From assembly GCA_963422395.1 (NCBI GenBank), contig OY729431.1:1440001-1504000 (forward strand): a stretch of 64,000 nt of DNA. The letters run 5' to 3'. Position numbers and translations under genes: made by a program. Positions within the stretch are counted from its first letter, which is position 1, and every line of letters starts with the position of its first letter. Below are positions 47,701 through 56,432 of the stretch, piece after piece. This stretch comes from Vicinamibacteria bacterium (GTDB lineage: Bacteria; Acidobacteriota; Vicinamibacteria; Marinacidobacterales; Marinacidobacteraceae). The notes below the pieces were generated by a model. That model ran no database searches, had not been told where the DNA came from, and worked only from the letters and a program-made list of their open reading frames with translations.

Positions 47701-48856
47701 CGATCCGATCGAGGAGCGGCGCTCGGCTCCGGTCGAAGAGCCCGCCGTTGTAGGGCGGCAGCCCGAAGGCGGGGTCGCCGGAATCGAGGACGCGGCAGAG
47801 ATCGGTGATCTGGTGCCAGTAGCCGCTGGCCTGCTCCGAGAAGGCCTCCCCCCGGTCCAGCCGCTCGGCGATGTCGCCCCGGACCTGATGGCGCAGCCCG
47901 ATGTTCCGGTAGCGGGAGTCGCCCACCGGCAGCAGCCCCCGGTCTTCGGCGTAGAGGATGAAGAGCAGGCGATAGAGCAGCACCAGCGCCGCTTCCTGGA
48001 CCTCGGGGAGCGGGGCGTCCGGCGCCGCTCCGGCGATCCTGGCGGCGAGCCCCCCGAACACCTCGCCGAAGACCACCTTCGAGAGATCGCCGGCCACCTT
48101 TTCTGCGAAGTAACGCCCCTGTTCCAGGGCGAGATCGTGGACCGTCTCCCCACCGCCGCCCTCCGGCAGGAACCCGTCGCGCCGGAAGAAGAGGGTGAAG
48201 AGCGTCAGTTCGTCGAGCGGCTCGCCTCCCTCGAGCGGGAACCGATCGGGAGCGCTGCCGGTCGGATCCAACGCCCGATCCAGCTCCACCTCGAAGAAAT
48301 CGCCGGAGACCGAGCGCGCCTCGGTGTGGTAGAGGCGCCAGCGGGCGCCGTTCGTCAGGATGCCCCAGCGCACCCGCCCGCCGGTGGCGGTCCGCGCCCG
48401 TCGCAGGTAGCGGAGCATCTGGGTGGCTGGCGCCGCCCGGTCGGAACCGGAAGGCCGATCCAGATCCAGCTTCCAGCGTTTCGTTTCGACGAGGCAGACG
48501 CCGAAGGCGAATCGCCGGAATTCGTCCTCGACTCGGAGCGCCTGCGTCTTTTCGGCAGCGTTCAGGAACAGGAGTCCGTCGGGGATGTCCCGGCGGCCGT
48601 GGAGGCTCAGGTTCTGCTCCCGAAGCGTTTCGGTCCAGCCGAGTGCCCCGAGCACTCGCCAGACGAGTTCGTCGGCAGTGACCTGCTCGCTGACCCTCTG
48701 TTCCGACGCGCTCGGTGCGGGAAACTCGGCGCGGAGGCGCCGGAGCTTTGCGGCGAGGCCGGATGCGAGGTCGCCCCGCGCCGCTTTCCAGGCGGCGAGC
48801 TCGCGCACCCCTTCGGCGAGGAACTCACCGGAAAAGAGTGATCCCGCCGCCATCAT
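44756..48856 (-). CDS. Type IIG (Eco57I-like) fused restriction endonuclease / adenine methyltransferase
   Basis: PD...ETK nuclease, LTNG..WRLY, YNGGLF, GSYYTP, DPAMGSGHF (motif I), GNPPW (motif IV). Confidence 0.9.
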   Translation of the reverse strand: MMAAGSLFSGEFLAEGVRELAAWKAARGDLASGLAAKLRRLRAEFPAPSASEQRVSEQVTADELVWRVLGALGWTETLREQNLSLHGRRDIPDGLLFLNAAEKTQALRVEDEFRRFAFGVCLVETKRWKLDLDRPSGSDRAAPATQMLRYLRRARTATGGRVRWGILTNGARWRLYHTEARSVSGDFFEVELDRALDPTGSAPDRFPLEGGEPLDELTLFTLFFRRDGFLPEGGGGETVHDLALEQGRYFAEKVAGDLSKVVFGEVFGGLAARIAGAAPDAPLPEVQEAALVLLYRLLFILYAEDRGLLPVGDSRYRNIGLRHQVRGDIAERLDRGEAFSEQASGYWHQITDLCRVLDSGDPAFGLPPYNGGLFDRSRAPLLDRIALSDAAVARVVDRLGFREAPGGRRYLNYRDLSVSQLGSIYERLLEQEVVHEKAGEAGKEDEGGVARRVVVRPNSAARRDSGSYYTPEPLVRLVIEETVSPRVEKALHEFAECAGPEADPAELAAADAASRILALKVLDPAMGSGHFLVSLLDYLTDGVIEALALTHEQAPGYESPVAARIREIRQTILENARAGGWTVEPSQLDDRQLVRRMVLKRSIYGVDKNPMAVELAKLSLWLHSFTVGAPLSFLDHHLRSGDSLFGSWVREGKARALAEGGPLFVAGPIRRAAAAASPMAAIERLSDAELSEVSESERLFDEIQERTRPFAAFLSVLHALDWLEDRSREARAAVKAYLGGRFGDPVALAAEAAAGEIEVPGEGALAAKFRGLLDEARRLAAEESFLSWELAFPGVFAEPDAESPERGGFDAVIGNPPWDRVKLQQVEWFALRRPEIAGAQRASDRKAKIAALGKSGDPLAADFARADRRARAAARVARESGDYPLLGRGDLNLYSLFVERGMALLHPEGVLGLLVPSGIAADKTAAPFFRSLTSAGKLRALYDFENRRTRFGAPPFFPAVDSRFKFCVLAAGRSPTNAPARCAFFLQSISELGDPERVLELSPEDFRRVNPNTGTAPIFRSRRDQEITTAIYRRLPVLVDRSAGEAVRAWPVKYVRMFDMTNDSRRFRTRAELEEKEGAWRVRGNLFDSPSGAFVPLYEGKMVQAFDHRAARVAVNPENRHRPGVPVPAALEQHRDPDWSPEPQFWIPEADCGWQPETGWVLGFKEITATTNIRTVIAALLPAVGFGNKIPVLCPLFTERREWLLAANLNSIPLDFVARQKVQGQTLNLFLLEQLPVVPPEAYEAVRFGPKTAFEIVREAVLELSYTANDLASFAEQLGYLDASGRVRPPFVWNEDRRLRLRAKIDAVFFHLYGVSDRDEVRHIYSTFPLLERQEQQTFGSYRSRDLALAWGNALAAGRPDAEPEG

Positions 48857-48965
48857 CGGACCCGAGCGCGTCTCGCTCGGACCGGAGGCGAAGGCGGCCT
48901 GGCGAGCCCCGGCGCTGCTCTTCGGCAATCCCTGTCCCGGCGACTCCGGCTCTCAAAGGGGCGGG

Positions 48966-50183
48966 TCAGAGGCGGTTCATCGCTTCGAGAAGGGGCCAGA
49001 ACGAAAGCTGCTCCACTGCGTGGCTGCGGTAGATGCCGAGCCCGTCCATTCCGGCGGCGCGGGCGATGCGGGCCGCCTCCATCATCGCCCGCGGGTCTTG
49101 CAGGCTGCCCGGGTGGTAACAGGAGAACTCGGCCACCGTGGGCACCCGACCGCCGACCGTCTCCACGAAATGGCGGCAGCGCCGCTCGATCGTGGCGAGG
49201 TCGGTCGTGGAACGGAACCACAGGTGCATCTCGTCGCAAAGGCTCTGTTCCACCCAGGCGGCGAAGTCCTGCATCCGCGGGAGATAGCCGTCCACCCCGC
49301 GGTCGATCACGGTGATCGTGAACGCCGCATCGGCGCGGGCGGTTTTCACTCCGTCGCGGATGGCGCGCACCATCTCGGTCCAGCGGTCGGCGCGGAATTG
49401 CACCCACTCCGGATCGCGGTTCGGCAGCGCGAAGGGGTCCCGCCCGGTCGTCTCGCGGAAGGCGTCGGCGATCGAGTCCTCGTAGCCGTCGGTGCTGACT
49501 CCGTCCTCGTCCTCGTTGATGGAGACGAACTCGGCCTGGATACCGCGGGCACCGCTCCGAGAGAGCAGCTCGCCGAAGGCCCGCGCCTCTTCCGCTCGGC
49601 CGCCAGGCGATCCGGGACTCAAGAACACCCGCTGGTAGGGGCGGAGCGCGTCGGTTCGCTCCCGGTTCCGGTGGCGGTGTTCGGGGTGGTCTCGCAGGAA
49701 GTCGCTCAGGCTCTCGACCCGCCGGGGATGGCTCCAGATCGGGCGGTGGGCGTTCAGGACCGTCCGGCCTGCTTCGCTGCCGAAGCGCGGCACCATGAAG
49801 TTCGAAGACCAGGCCGGGTACATCCGCATCCCGCCGTGCGAGGCGACCGCCTTGTAAGGATGGACTTCGACCCCCACTGCGGCGCCCGCCTCGACGAGCT
49901 CGGCGCTCGCGCCCGGAGCGAAGACGCGGGAGACTCCGTGATCGGCGCACTTGCGGACATAGACTTCGACCTCGGTCTCCCCGGTGGTGCTGCGGAAGGC
50001 TTCCCCCAGGCCGAGGTCCTGCCCCCAGAGCGCCACCCCCGCCGGCGGCGGCCCGGCGGCCGGTCTGCCGGCAGGTTCGGCGCTGGCAGGCCGAACGCCG
50101 ACAGGTGCGGCCAGTACCGGAAGCGCGACCGCTCCCGGGAAAGCCAGGCCCTTCAGGAATTCGCGGCGGCGGAACGCGCTCAT
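48966..50183 (-). CDS. Tat-exported TIM-barrel protein, glycoside-hydrolase-like (DUF187/GHL10-like)
   Basis: RRREFLKG leader; EVHP, F...TG.DP, W..FR, QD...W pattern. Confidence 0.6.
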   Translation of the reverse strand: MSAFRRREFLKGLAFPGAVALPVLAAPVGVRPASAEPAGRPAAGPPPAGVALWGQDLGLGEAFRSTTGETEVEVYVRKCADHGVSRVFAPGASAELVEAGAAVGVEVHPYKAVASHGGMRMYPAWSSNFMVPRFGSEAGRTVLNAHRPIWSHPRRVESLSDFLRDHPEHRHRNRERTDALRPYQRVFLSPGSPGGRAEEARAFGELLSRSGARGIQAEFVSINEDEDGVSTDGYEDSIADAFRETTGRDPFALPNRDPEWVQFRADRWTEMVRAIRDGVKTARADAAFTITVIDRGVDGYLPRMQDFAAWVEQSLCDEMHLWFRSTTDLATIERRCRHFVETVGGRVPTVAEFSCYHPGSLQDPRAMMEAARIARAAGMDGLGIYRSHAVEQLSFWPLLEAMNRL

Positions 50184-51463
50184 CCGGTCACTCCGTTTCG
50201 GACGGCATCCTCGATCCCGGCAGCGAACAGATCCACCTCTTCGAGGGTGGTGAAGACGCTCGGCGAAACCCGGATGCAGTCGAACTCGCCCCGAACGAAG
50301 CGGGGTCGGACATGGACCCGATACTCGTGCTCGAGAAAGTCGGTCAACGCTCCGGAGTCCACCCCTTCGATCCGCATCGCCCCGATCCCGCAGGCTTGCC
50401 GGATGTCCGGCGGGTTCAGCACCCGAACCCCGGGCAGCTCCTGCACCCGCTCGGCCCAGCGCTGCCGCAGGTACAGCAGGCGCTCGGCCTTCCGCTCGGC
50501 GCCGAGGCCCTCGTGGAAGGTGACCGCCTCGGTGATCGGCCCTCGGAGCGCCACCGGGTTCGTCCCGATCTGCTCGAACTTGCGGATGTCGTCGGCCTGA
50601 CTCGCAGGCGCGCTCATCAGCGGCCAGACCCTCGGAATCTTCTCCTTGCGGACATAGAGGAACCCGGTGCCCACCGGGGCGAAGAGCCATTTGTGGAGGC
50701 TGGTGCCGTAGTAGTCGCAGTCGAGCTCGTCGCGGGTGAAGGGGAAATGGGCGAAGCCGTGGGCGCCGTCCACCAGCGTCTCGACGCCGCGGCGGCGGGC
50801 CATCCGGCAGATCTCTCCCACCGGGAAGATCTGCCCGGTGGTGTAGGTGGTGTGGCAGATCAGCAGCAGCTTCGTCTTCTCGGTGATCGCGCGTTCGAGG
50901 ATCCCGGTGAGTTCCGAGAGGTCCTCCGGCGGCGTGGGGTACGGGACCGTCCGCAGCACGATGCCGTCGCGCCGCTCCCGCTGGCGGAAGGTGGTGAGCA
51001 TCCGGGGGTAGTCCTGGGTGGTGGTGAGCACCTCGTCCCCGGCTTCGAGCGGCAGGCCGAACTGCACGATCTCCATCGCCTCGCTCGCGTTTCGGGTGAA
51101 GGCCAGCTCGTCGGCCCCGCAGCCGAAGGCTGCGGCGAGCCGCCGCCGCGCCACTTCGAGGCGCGGGCCGAGCAGCTCGTCCACATAGAGCGAGGGCCCC
51201 ATGTTGGTGATGTCCCAGTACTGCTGCATCGCCCGTTGGACCGAGACCGGCGCCGGGCTCACGCTGCCCGAGTTCAGGTTGATGTGGTTACGGTCGATGG
51301 TGAAGGCCTCGCGCACTCGGAACCAGAAGTCCTCGTCCCGGGCTGCCTCGGCCGCAGTGCGCCCGCCGAGCTGCGCGGCCGCCTTTCCGATCCGCGCTTC
51401 GGCGTCCTCTTGGAGCGCGGTGAGGAGGCCGCCGGCCGCCCCCAGAAAAGTCCTTCGGAGCAT
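50180..51463 (-). CDS. Tat-signal class V PLP-dependent aminotransferase (isopenicillin N epimerase-like)
   Basis: LRRTFLG leader, VDGAH, SLHKW PLP lysine, P.GTG. Confidence 0.88.
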   Translation of the reverse strand: MLRRTFLGAAGGLLTALQEDAEARIGKAAAQLGGRTAAEAARDEDFWFRVREAFTIDRNHINLNSGSVSPAPVSVQRAMQQYWDITNMGPSLYVDELLGPRLEVARRRLAAAFGCGADELAFTRNASEAMEIVQFGLPLEAGDEVLTTTQDYPRMLTTFRQRERRDGIVLRTVPYPTPPEDLSELTGILERAITEKTKLLLICHTTYTTGQIFPVGEICRMARRRGVETLVDGAHGFAHFPFTRDELDCDYYGTSLHKWLFAPVGTGFLYVRKEKIPRVWPLMSAPASQADDIRKFEQIGTNPVALRGPITEAVTFHEGLGAERKAERLLYLRQRWAERVQELPGVRVLNPPDIRQACGIGAMRIEGVDSGALTDFLEHEYRVHVRPRFVRGEFDCIRVSPSVFTTLEEVDLFAAGIEDAVRNGVTG

Positions 51464-51614
51464 GGAACCCCTCCCCTCGATCGGCTCCCGAACATACCAT
51501 CGGGCGCCGAACCGTTCTTGGGTACCCTTTCGAGCGCCTCCGTCTGCCCCGGGTCTCCCGCGCTGCCTGGCCGGCTTCGGGCATTTCGGGGATCGGAGCG
51601 GGGCGAGTGGAGAT

Positions 51615-52043
51615 ATGACCCGAACGACGGACTTCGCCGACGCCCATCTTCGGCACGGGGAGGATGCCGAACTGTTGTTCGGTTCGAAACGCTTCGGGGG
51701 TGCCGACCACCTCTACGGGCTGAGCGCCGAATGCGGTCTGAAGGCGGTCATGGAACGGTTGGGCATGGAGGTGGACGCGGCCGGCACTCCGAAAGATCCC
51801 CACTACAAGAAGCACATCCATGAGCTCTGGCCTATCTTCGAGGACTTCATCCAGAATCGGAAGCAGGCTCGGTTTCGACTCCCGCCGGGCAAGCCGTTCG
51901 CCGACTGGTCGCATCATGACCGGTATGCGCCCCGAAGCCGTTTCGAGGAGGGGAGCGTGGATCGGCACCGACTCGGCGCGAAGATGATTCTGCCCCTGGT
52001 GGAACGGGCACGGCTGGAGCTGGAACCACCGGAGCAGGAATGA
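51615..52043 (+). CDS. HEPN-like domain protein
   Basis: DAELL...YGLSAECGLKA, KHIHELW and DW...RY resemble HEPN signatures. Confidence 0.65.
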   Translation: MTRTTDFADAHLRHGEDAELLFGSKRFGGADHLYGLSAECGLKAVMERLGMEVDAAGTPKDPHYKKHIHELWPIFEDFIQNRKQARFRLPPGKPFADWSHHDRYAPRSRFEEGSVDRHRLGAKMILPLVERARLELEPPEQE

Positions 52044-53356
52044 TGAAGCACCAGTTCGTTCCCTTCGACGCCATGCGGAAGCGAGCCGCGGAGGCTGTCG
52101 ACGCCCTGCCGCCTGCACCGGCGGGACTCTCGAAGATCTGGCTGGTTCGGAACCTCCACGGTCGGCTGAGGATCTGTGTCGGAAACGAGTGCGAGGCCGA
52201 TCGCGAGATCCGGGAATTCCTGCGTGATGCCGCGGTGCGCCTCCACGAGGTGCTCGGAGTTCGGAGCCATGAGCCGGAGCAGGGAGTGCTGTTCGTGGGA
52301 GACCAACTGCTCGACTCCCTCGAGCAGGGCGGCCAGCCGCTCCGGCCTGGATCGAGGTTCTATCTGGCCGACCGGCTGGTGGCCGGAACCGACTGGTGGA
52401 CGGTTGCACCATCGTCGGAAGTCCCCGGCCGTCCGCAACGGTTCACGCTCTACTCGGTGAAAGGCGGGGTCGGGCGCAGCACCACGGCCGCGATCCTCGC
52501 CTGGGACCTGGCTCGGCGGGGCCGGCGCGTTCTGGTCTTGGACCTGGATCTGGAATCCCCGGGTCTTTCGCCGGTGATGCTGGAACGCGAGCGACGCCCT
52601 GAATTCGGCGTCACCGACTGGTTCGTCGAAGACCTGGTCGGTCAGGGAGATCGGGTCCTCGAGCGCATGGCCGCCGCGCCCGCCTGGGCTCGCGACTTCG
52701 AGGGCGCGGTGCACATCGTGCCGGCCCACGGCAGGAATCCGGGCGAATATCTGGCGAAACTGGGGCGCGTCTATCTGGGCTTCGGCCAGGAGGAGTGGAC
52801 CGCCCGCCTGAAGCGGCTCCTCCAGACCCTCGAAAAGCGGCACGACCCCGAGGTGGTGCTCATCGAGAGCCGAAGCGGGCTCCACGACATCGCGGCGGCG
52901 ACGGTGACCGACCTCGGCGCCGAGGTGCTGCTCTTCGGCACCGATTCGGAGAGTGCCTGGGACGGCTACCGCATCCTCTTCCGCCACTGGCAGGAGCTCG
53001 GACTCGCCCGAGACATCCGGGAGCGGCTCTGGACGGTGTCGGCGCTCACCCCCGAATTCAACACCGGCTCCTATCTGGCCCGCTTCCGGCTGCGCGCCTG
53101 GGAACTGTTCCAGGAGTACCTCTACGACGAATTGGCAGCCGGTGAAGGTGCGGAAAGCAACGCTTTCTCCTTCGGCGAGACCGACGACGACGCCCCGCAC
53201 CACCCCCTGCCCATCCACTGGAATCGGGGGCTCGCGGCCGGGGCATCGCTGCTCGACATCGCGGGGTTGCCCACCGGATCGGCCTACGGGGCGTTTCTCG
53301 AGCGCTTCCACGCCCGCTTTCCACCCCGCCCCAGCGCCGCCGGGAAACTGCGGTGA
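52040..53356 (+). CDS. ParA/MinD-like ATPase with KGGVGRS variant P-loop
   Basis: YSVKGGVGRSTT, DLDLESPG, ESRSG; ATGA overlap with the upstream gene. Confidence 0.85.
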   Translation: MMKHQFVPFDAMRKRAAEAVDALPPAPAGLSKIWLVRNLHGRLRICVGNECEADREIREFLRDAAVRLHEVLGVRSHEPEQGVLFVGDQLLDSLEQGGQPLRPGSRFYLADRLVAGTDWWTVAPSSEVPGRPQRFTLYSVKGGVGRSTTAAILAWDLARRGRRVLVLDLDLESPGLSPVMLERERRPEFGVTDWFVEDLVGQGDRVLERMAAAPAWARDFEGAVHIVPAHGRNPGEYLAKLGRVYLGFGQEEWTARLKRLLQTLEKRHDPEVVLIESRSGLHDIAAATVTDLGAEVLLFGTDSESAWDGYRILFRHWQELGLARDIRERLWTVSALTPEFNTGSYLARFRLRAWELFQEYLYDELAAGEGAESNAFSFGETDDDAPHHPLPIHWNRGLAAGASLLDIAGLPTGSAYGAFLERFHARFPPRPSAAGKLR

Positions 53357-54819
53357 GCACGATAAAGGCTGCCGAGGCGAGGGAGGCGCTGCGGCAGCTG
53401 CCGGAGGGGACGAGCCACGGCGATACGCCAAAGCTGGAGGAGGTGTACCTGCCGCGCTCCCACCTCCGGGCGATGGACCCCGACGCACTGGTCGTCACCG
53501 GCATGCGCGGCGCCGGCAAGACCTTCTGGTGGGGTGCGCTCCAGGACAAAGCGGTGCGGGCGATGCTCGGCAAAGTGCCCGGATTCCGCACGGTGGACGC
53601 CTCGACCGAAGTGCGAACTGGCTTCGGCGTTCGACCGGATTCCGGGAAATACCCGGGGAAGGACACGATTCGGCAACTGCTGGATGAAGGACACGAAGCG
53701 CGGATCATCTGGCGCACGGTGGCCGCCTGGCAGTTCACCCGGCAGTTCCCCCGCGAGGATCACCCGCTCCGGCAGAAAACCTCGTGGGCGGAGCGGGTGG
53801 AGTGGGCGGCGCACCATCCGGAATCGACGGAAGCGCTGTTCGAAGAGAGCGACCGGGCCTCGGATCAGCGGAAAACGCACACCCTGCTGCTCTTCGACGG
53901 TTTGGACCGATCCGCCGACGATTGGAAGACGATGTATGTGGTCATCCGCGGTCTCTTGCAGACCGCGTTGGATCTGCGCTCCTATCGGCGGCTGCGCGTG
54001 AAGGTCTTCCTCCGGTCCGACCAGCTCGACGAGGGACGCATCGCCGATTTCCCCGATGCCTCGAAGGTCCTCGCTTCCAGCGTCGATCTGAGCTGGCCCC
54101 GGCGCGAGCTCTATGGACTCCTCTGGCATTCGCTGGCGAACGGAGACGCCGGTAAGTTATTTCGGGCCTTCCTCGGAGACGACAGGCGGGCTCGGGCTGC
54201 GGCGGTGCTTCCGACTCTCTTCAATGTGCCGCGGCGGTTCGTCGCGGACGAAGACCGCCAGCGGGAGAAGTTCCATGCTCTCACCGGCCCCTGGATGGGA
54301 AGCGGCCCGCGCCGGGGCTTCCCCTACACCTGGATCCCGAACCATCTGGCAGACACCGCCGGACGGGTGAGCCCGCGCTCTTTCCTCGCCGCCCTCCGCG
54401 CGGCTGCCGAAGACACCGCCGAGCGCCATCCGGATTGGGATCACGCTCTCCACTACGAGAGCATCAAGCGCGGCGTGCAGGAAGCTTCCAGGATCCGGGT
54501 GGACGAGCTGCGGGAGGACTATCCCTGGGTCCACCGCCTCCTCAATGCCCTGAAAGGAATGGTCGTTCCCCTCTCCTTCGCCGAGATCGAGGAGCGTTGG
54601 CGGGAGCGGGGAGTGATCGAGGACCTCGATGGTTGGACGGGAGGGCAAGAAGTGAAAGTGAAGCTGCCGCCTGGCCGCCCCGGGCCCGAGGGGGCCCGCG
54701 AGGGCCTCGAGACCCTCGGGGTCTTCCAGCGCCTCTACGACGGTCGGGTGAACATCCCCGATGTGTATCGGGTGGGCTATGGGCTCGGACGCCGGGGCGG
54801 GGTGAAGCCGGTCCGCTGA
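53353..54819 (+). CDS. STAND-like P-loop NTPase
   Basis: GMRGAGKT, LLLFDGLD, VFLRSD, SPRSFL, wHTH-like C-terminus; GTGA overlap. Confidence 0.75.
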   Translation: MSTIKAAEAREALRQLPEGTSHGDTPKLEEVYLPRSHLRAMDPDALVVTGMRGAGKTFWWGALQDKAVRAMLGKVPGFRTVDASTEVRTGFGVRPDSGKYPGKDTIRQLLDEGHEARIIWRTVAAWQFTRQFPREDHPLRQKTSWAERVEWAAHHPESTEALFEESDRASDQRKTHTLLLFDGLDRSADDWKTMYVVIRGLLQTALDLRSYRRLRVKVFLRSDQLDEGRIADFPDASKVLASSVDLSWPRRELYGLLWHSLANGDAGKLFRAFLGDDRRARAAAVLPTLFNVPRRFVADEDRQREKFHALTGPWMGSGPRRGFPYTWIPNHLADTAGRVSPRSFLAALRAAAEDTAERHPDWDHALHYESIKRGVQEASRIRVDELREDYPWVHRLLNALKGMVVPLSFAEIEERWRERGVIEDLDGWTGGQEVKVKLPPGRPGPEGAREGLETLGVFQRLYDGRVNIPDVYRVGYGLGRRGGVKPVR

Positions 54820-54978
54820 GGACACTCCGCTACCCGGGAACTGCACCGACCGCATCGCCCCGCCGGTCTCCCGCCGGCCGCGGCGGAGACGCCGCGCCTT
54901 CTCCACCCGCCTTCGTGCTCCCTTTGCGTCTTCGTGCTTCCACACCTTCGTACCATTGCCGTTCGGAGGGTTCTCCCC

Positions 54979-56322
54979 ATGATGCAAAAAGCGCAAGACA
55001 TCCTGCCGTTCGCGGTCACTGCCGCGCTGTCGCTCTTCGCCGCCCCGGAAAACGGGGCGGCGCAGCCGACGGTCCCCCACCTGCCGGGAGAGGACGGCAT
55101 CCTGCCGCAGCCCTGGGCGGCGCTCGTGAACACCCAGGTCGTCGATGTGGAAGACGGCTCGATCATCGAGAACGCGGTGGTGGTGGTCCGGGACGGGCTG
55201 ATCGAGTCCGTGGGAACCGACCCGCCGCCCGAAGGGGCGCACCTCCTCGATCTCGGCGGCCGATACCTCATCCCCGGCCTCTTCGACGCCCACTGGCACG
55301 GGCGCACCCTCGACGGCCTCTACCGCGCCCTCGAATCCGGGGTCACCACGATGAAGAGCGCCGCGGTGGGCAGCTTTCTCGATGTACAGATGAACGACAT
55401 GGTGGAACGGGGCTACCTCGCCGGGCCCGAGATCTTCGCCGCCGGCGTCTATGTGCTGCCCCAGCTCGGGCAGTCGGCACTCGCCGACCCGCGTCTCTAC
55501 CGGTACCTCCATCGGGAGGTCCGGGGGGCGGCGGCAGTGCGCGAAGTGGTGCGGGTGGATGTGGACCGGGGCGCGCGTTGGATCAAGACCCGTTCCGGGG
55601 GCACCACTTCGGGGCCGAACGGACCGGACCCCAAGATGATGGTGTACAGCGTGGACGAGCTCACCGCCATCGTGGAGGAAGCCGACGCGCTGGGAGTCAG
55701 GGTCTCCTGCCACGCCCACGGGAAGGAAGTCGTTCGCAACGCCATCGTCGCGGGTTGCGCCACGATCGAGCACGGCTCCTATGTGGACGAAGAAGGCCTG
55801 CGGCTGATGGCGGAACGCGGGACGGCGTGGGTGCCGACCTATACCTCGGTCGTCGGCTTTCTGCTGCCGCACGACGACTACGACTCCTCGGCGAGTTTCC
55901 AGCGGGGCAGCCACCTGCTCCACTACCTGGAAAAGGGCTTTCGGCGGGCGCTGGAACTCGGGGTCACCGTCATCACCGCCACCGATACCCAGTACGGCCC
56001 GCGCAGCAACAACCGCATCTACCGGGAGATGACTCACTTCGTCGAGCTGGGGATGACCCCGCTCCAGGCGCTGCAGTCGGCGACGACCCGCTCCGCCGAG
56101 GTGTACGGGATCCGCCACCGCACCGGCGCCATCGAACCGGGTCTCGAAGCCGATCTGGTGTCGGTGGACGGCAACCCGATCGAGGACATCTACGCCACCC
56201 ACGAACCCATGTTCGTGATGAGCAACGGCCGCATCGTCTTCCACCGAACGGTGGATCCCGACCACTACATCCCCCGTCGGATGGGGGTTTCGGGGTTCGG
56301 AACCGGCGGTCCCCGCCCCTGA
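54979..56322 (+). CDS. Secreted metal-dependent amidohydrolase
   Basis: PGLFDAHWH, WIK, HAH, EHG, TD, G.EADLV. Confidence 0.9.
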   Translation: MMQKAQDILPFAVTAALSLFAAPENGAAQPTVPHLPGEDGILPQPWAALVNTQVVDVEDGSIIENAVVVVRDGLIESVGTDPPPEGAHLLDLGGRYLIPGLFDAHWHGRTLDGLYRALESGVTTMKSAAVGSFLDVQMNDMVERGYLAGPEIFAAGVYVLPQLGQSALADPRLYRYLHREVRGAAAVREVVRVDVDRGARWIKTRSGGTTSGPNGPDPKMMVYSVDELTAIVEEADALGVRVSCHAHGKEVVRNAIVAGCATIEHGSYVDEEGLRLMAERGTAWVPTYTSVVGFLLPHDDYDSSASFQRGSHLLHYLEKGFRRALELGVTVITATDTQYGPRSNNRIYREMTHFVELGMTPLQALQSATTRSAEVYGIRHRTGAIEPGLEADLVSVDGNPIEDIYATHEPMFVMSNGRIVFHRTVDPDHYIPRRMGVSGFGTGGPRP

Positions 56323-56384
56323 CGGATTTCCCTTACGGATTCCCCTGACGGATCTCCCTCGGTGGATCTACGCTGACGGATCGC
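56318..56384. repeat. Degenerate ~13-bp tandem repeat (CCTGACGGATYTC-like, about 5 copies)
   Basis: Units start at 56318, 56331, 56344, 56357 and about 56372. Confidence 0.75.
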
Positions 56385-56432
56385 CGTGGAGCGAATCGCC
56401 GGGCCGGGCCGGCCGCTTCCAGGCGGCAGCGG

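Noticed and set aside
44888-48841. 1317-aa plus-strand ORF
   Set aside because: Antisense shadow of the type IIG RM gene; no motifs; expected in high-GC DNA.
52040-53356. Second partition (parA) locus or plasmid remnant
   Set aside because: No parB or rep gene, variant P-loop, and tight coupling to HEPN-like and STAND-like genes.
56318-56384. CRISPR array
   Set aside because: Units are about 13 bp, have no spacers, and no cas genes are present.
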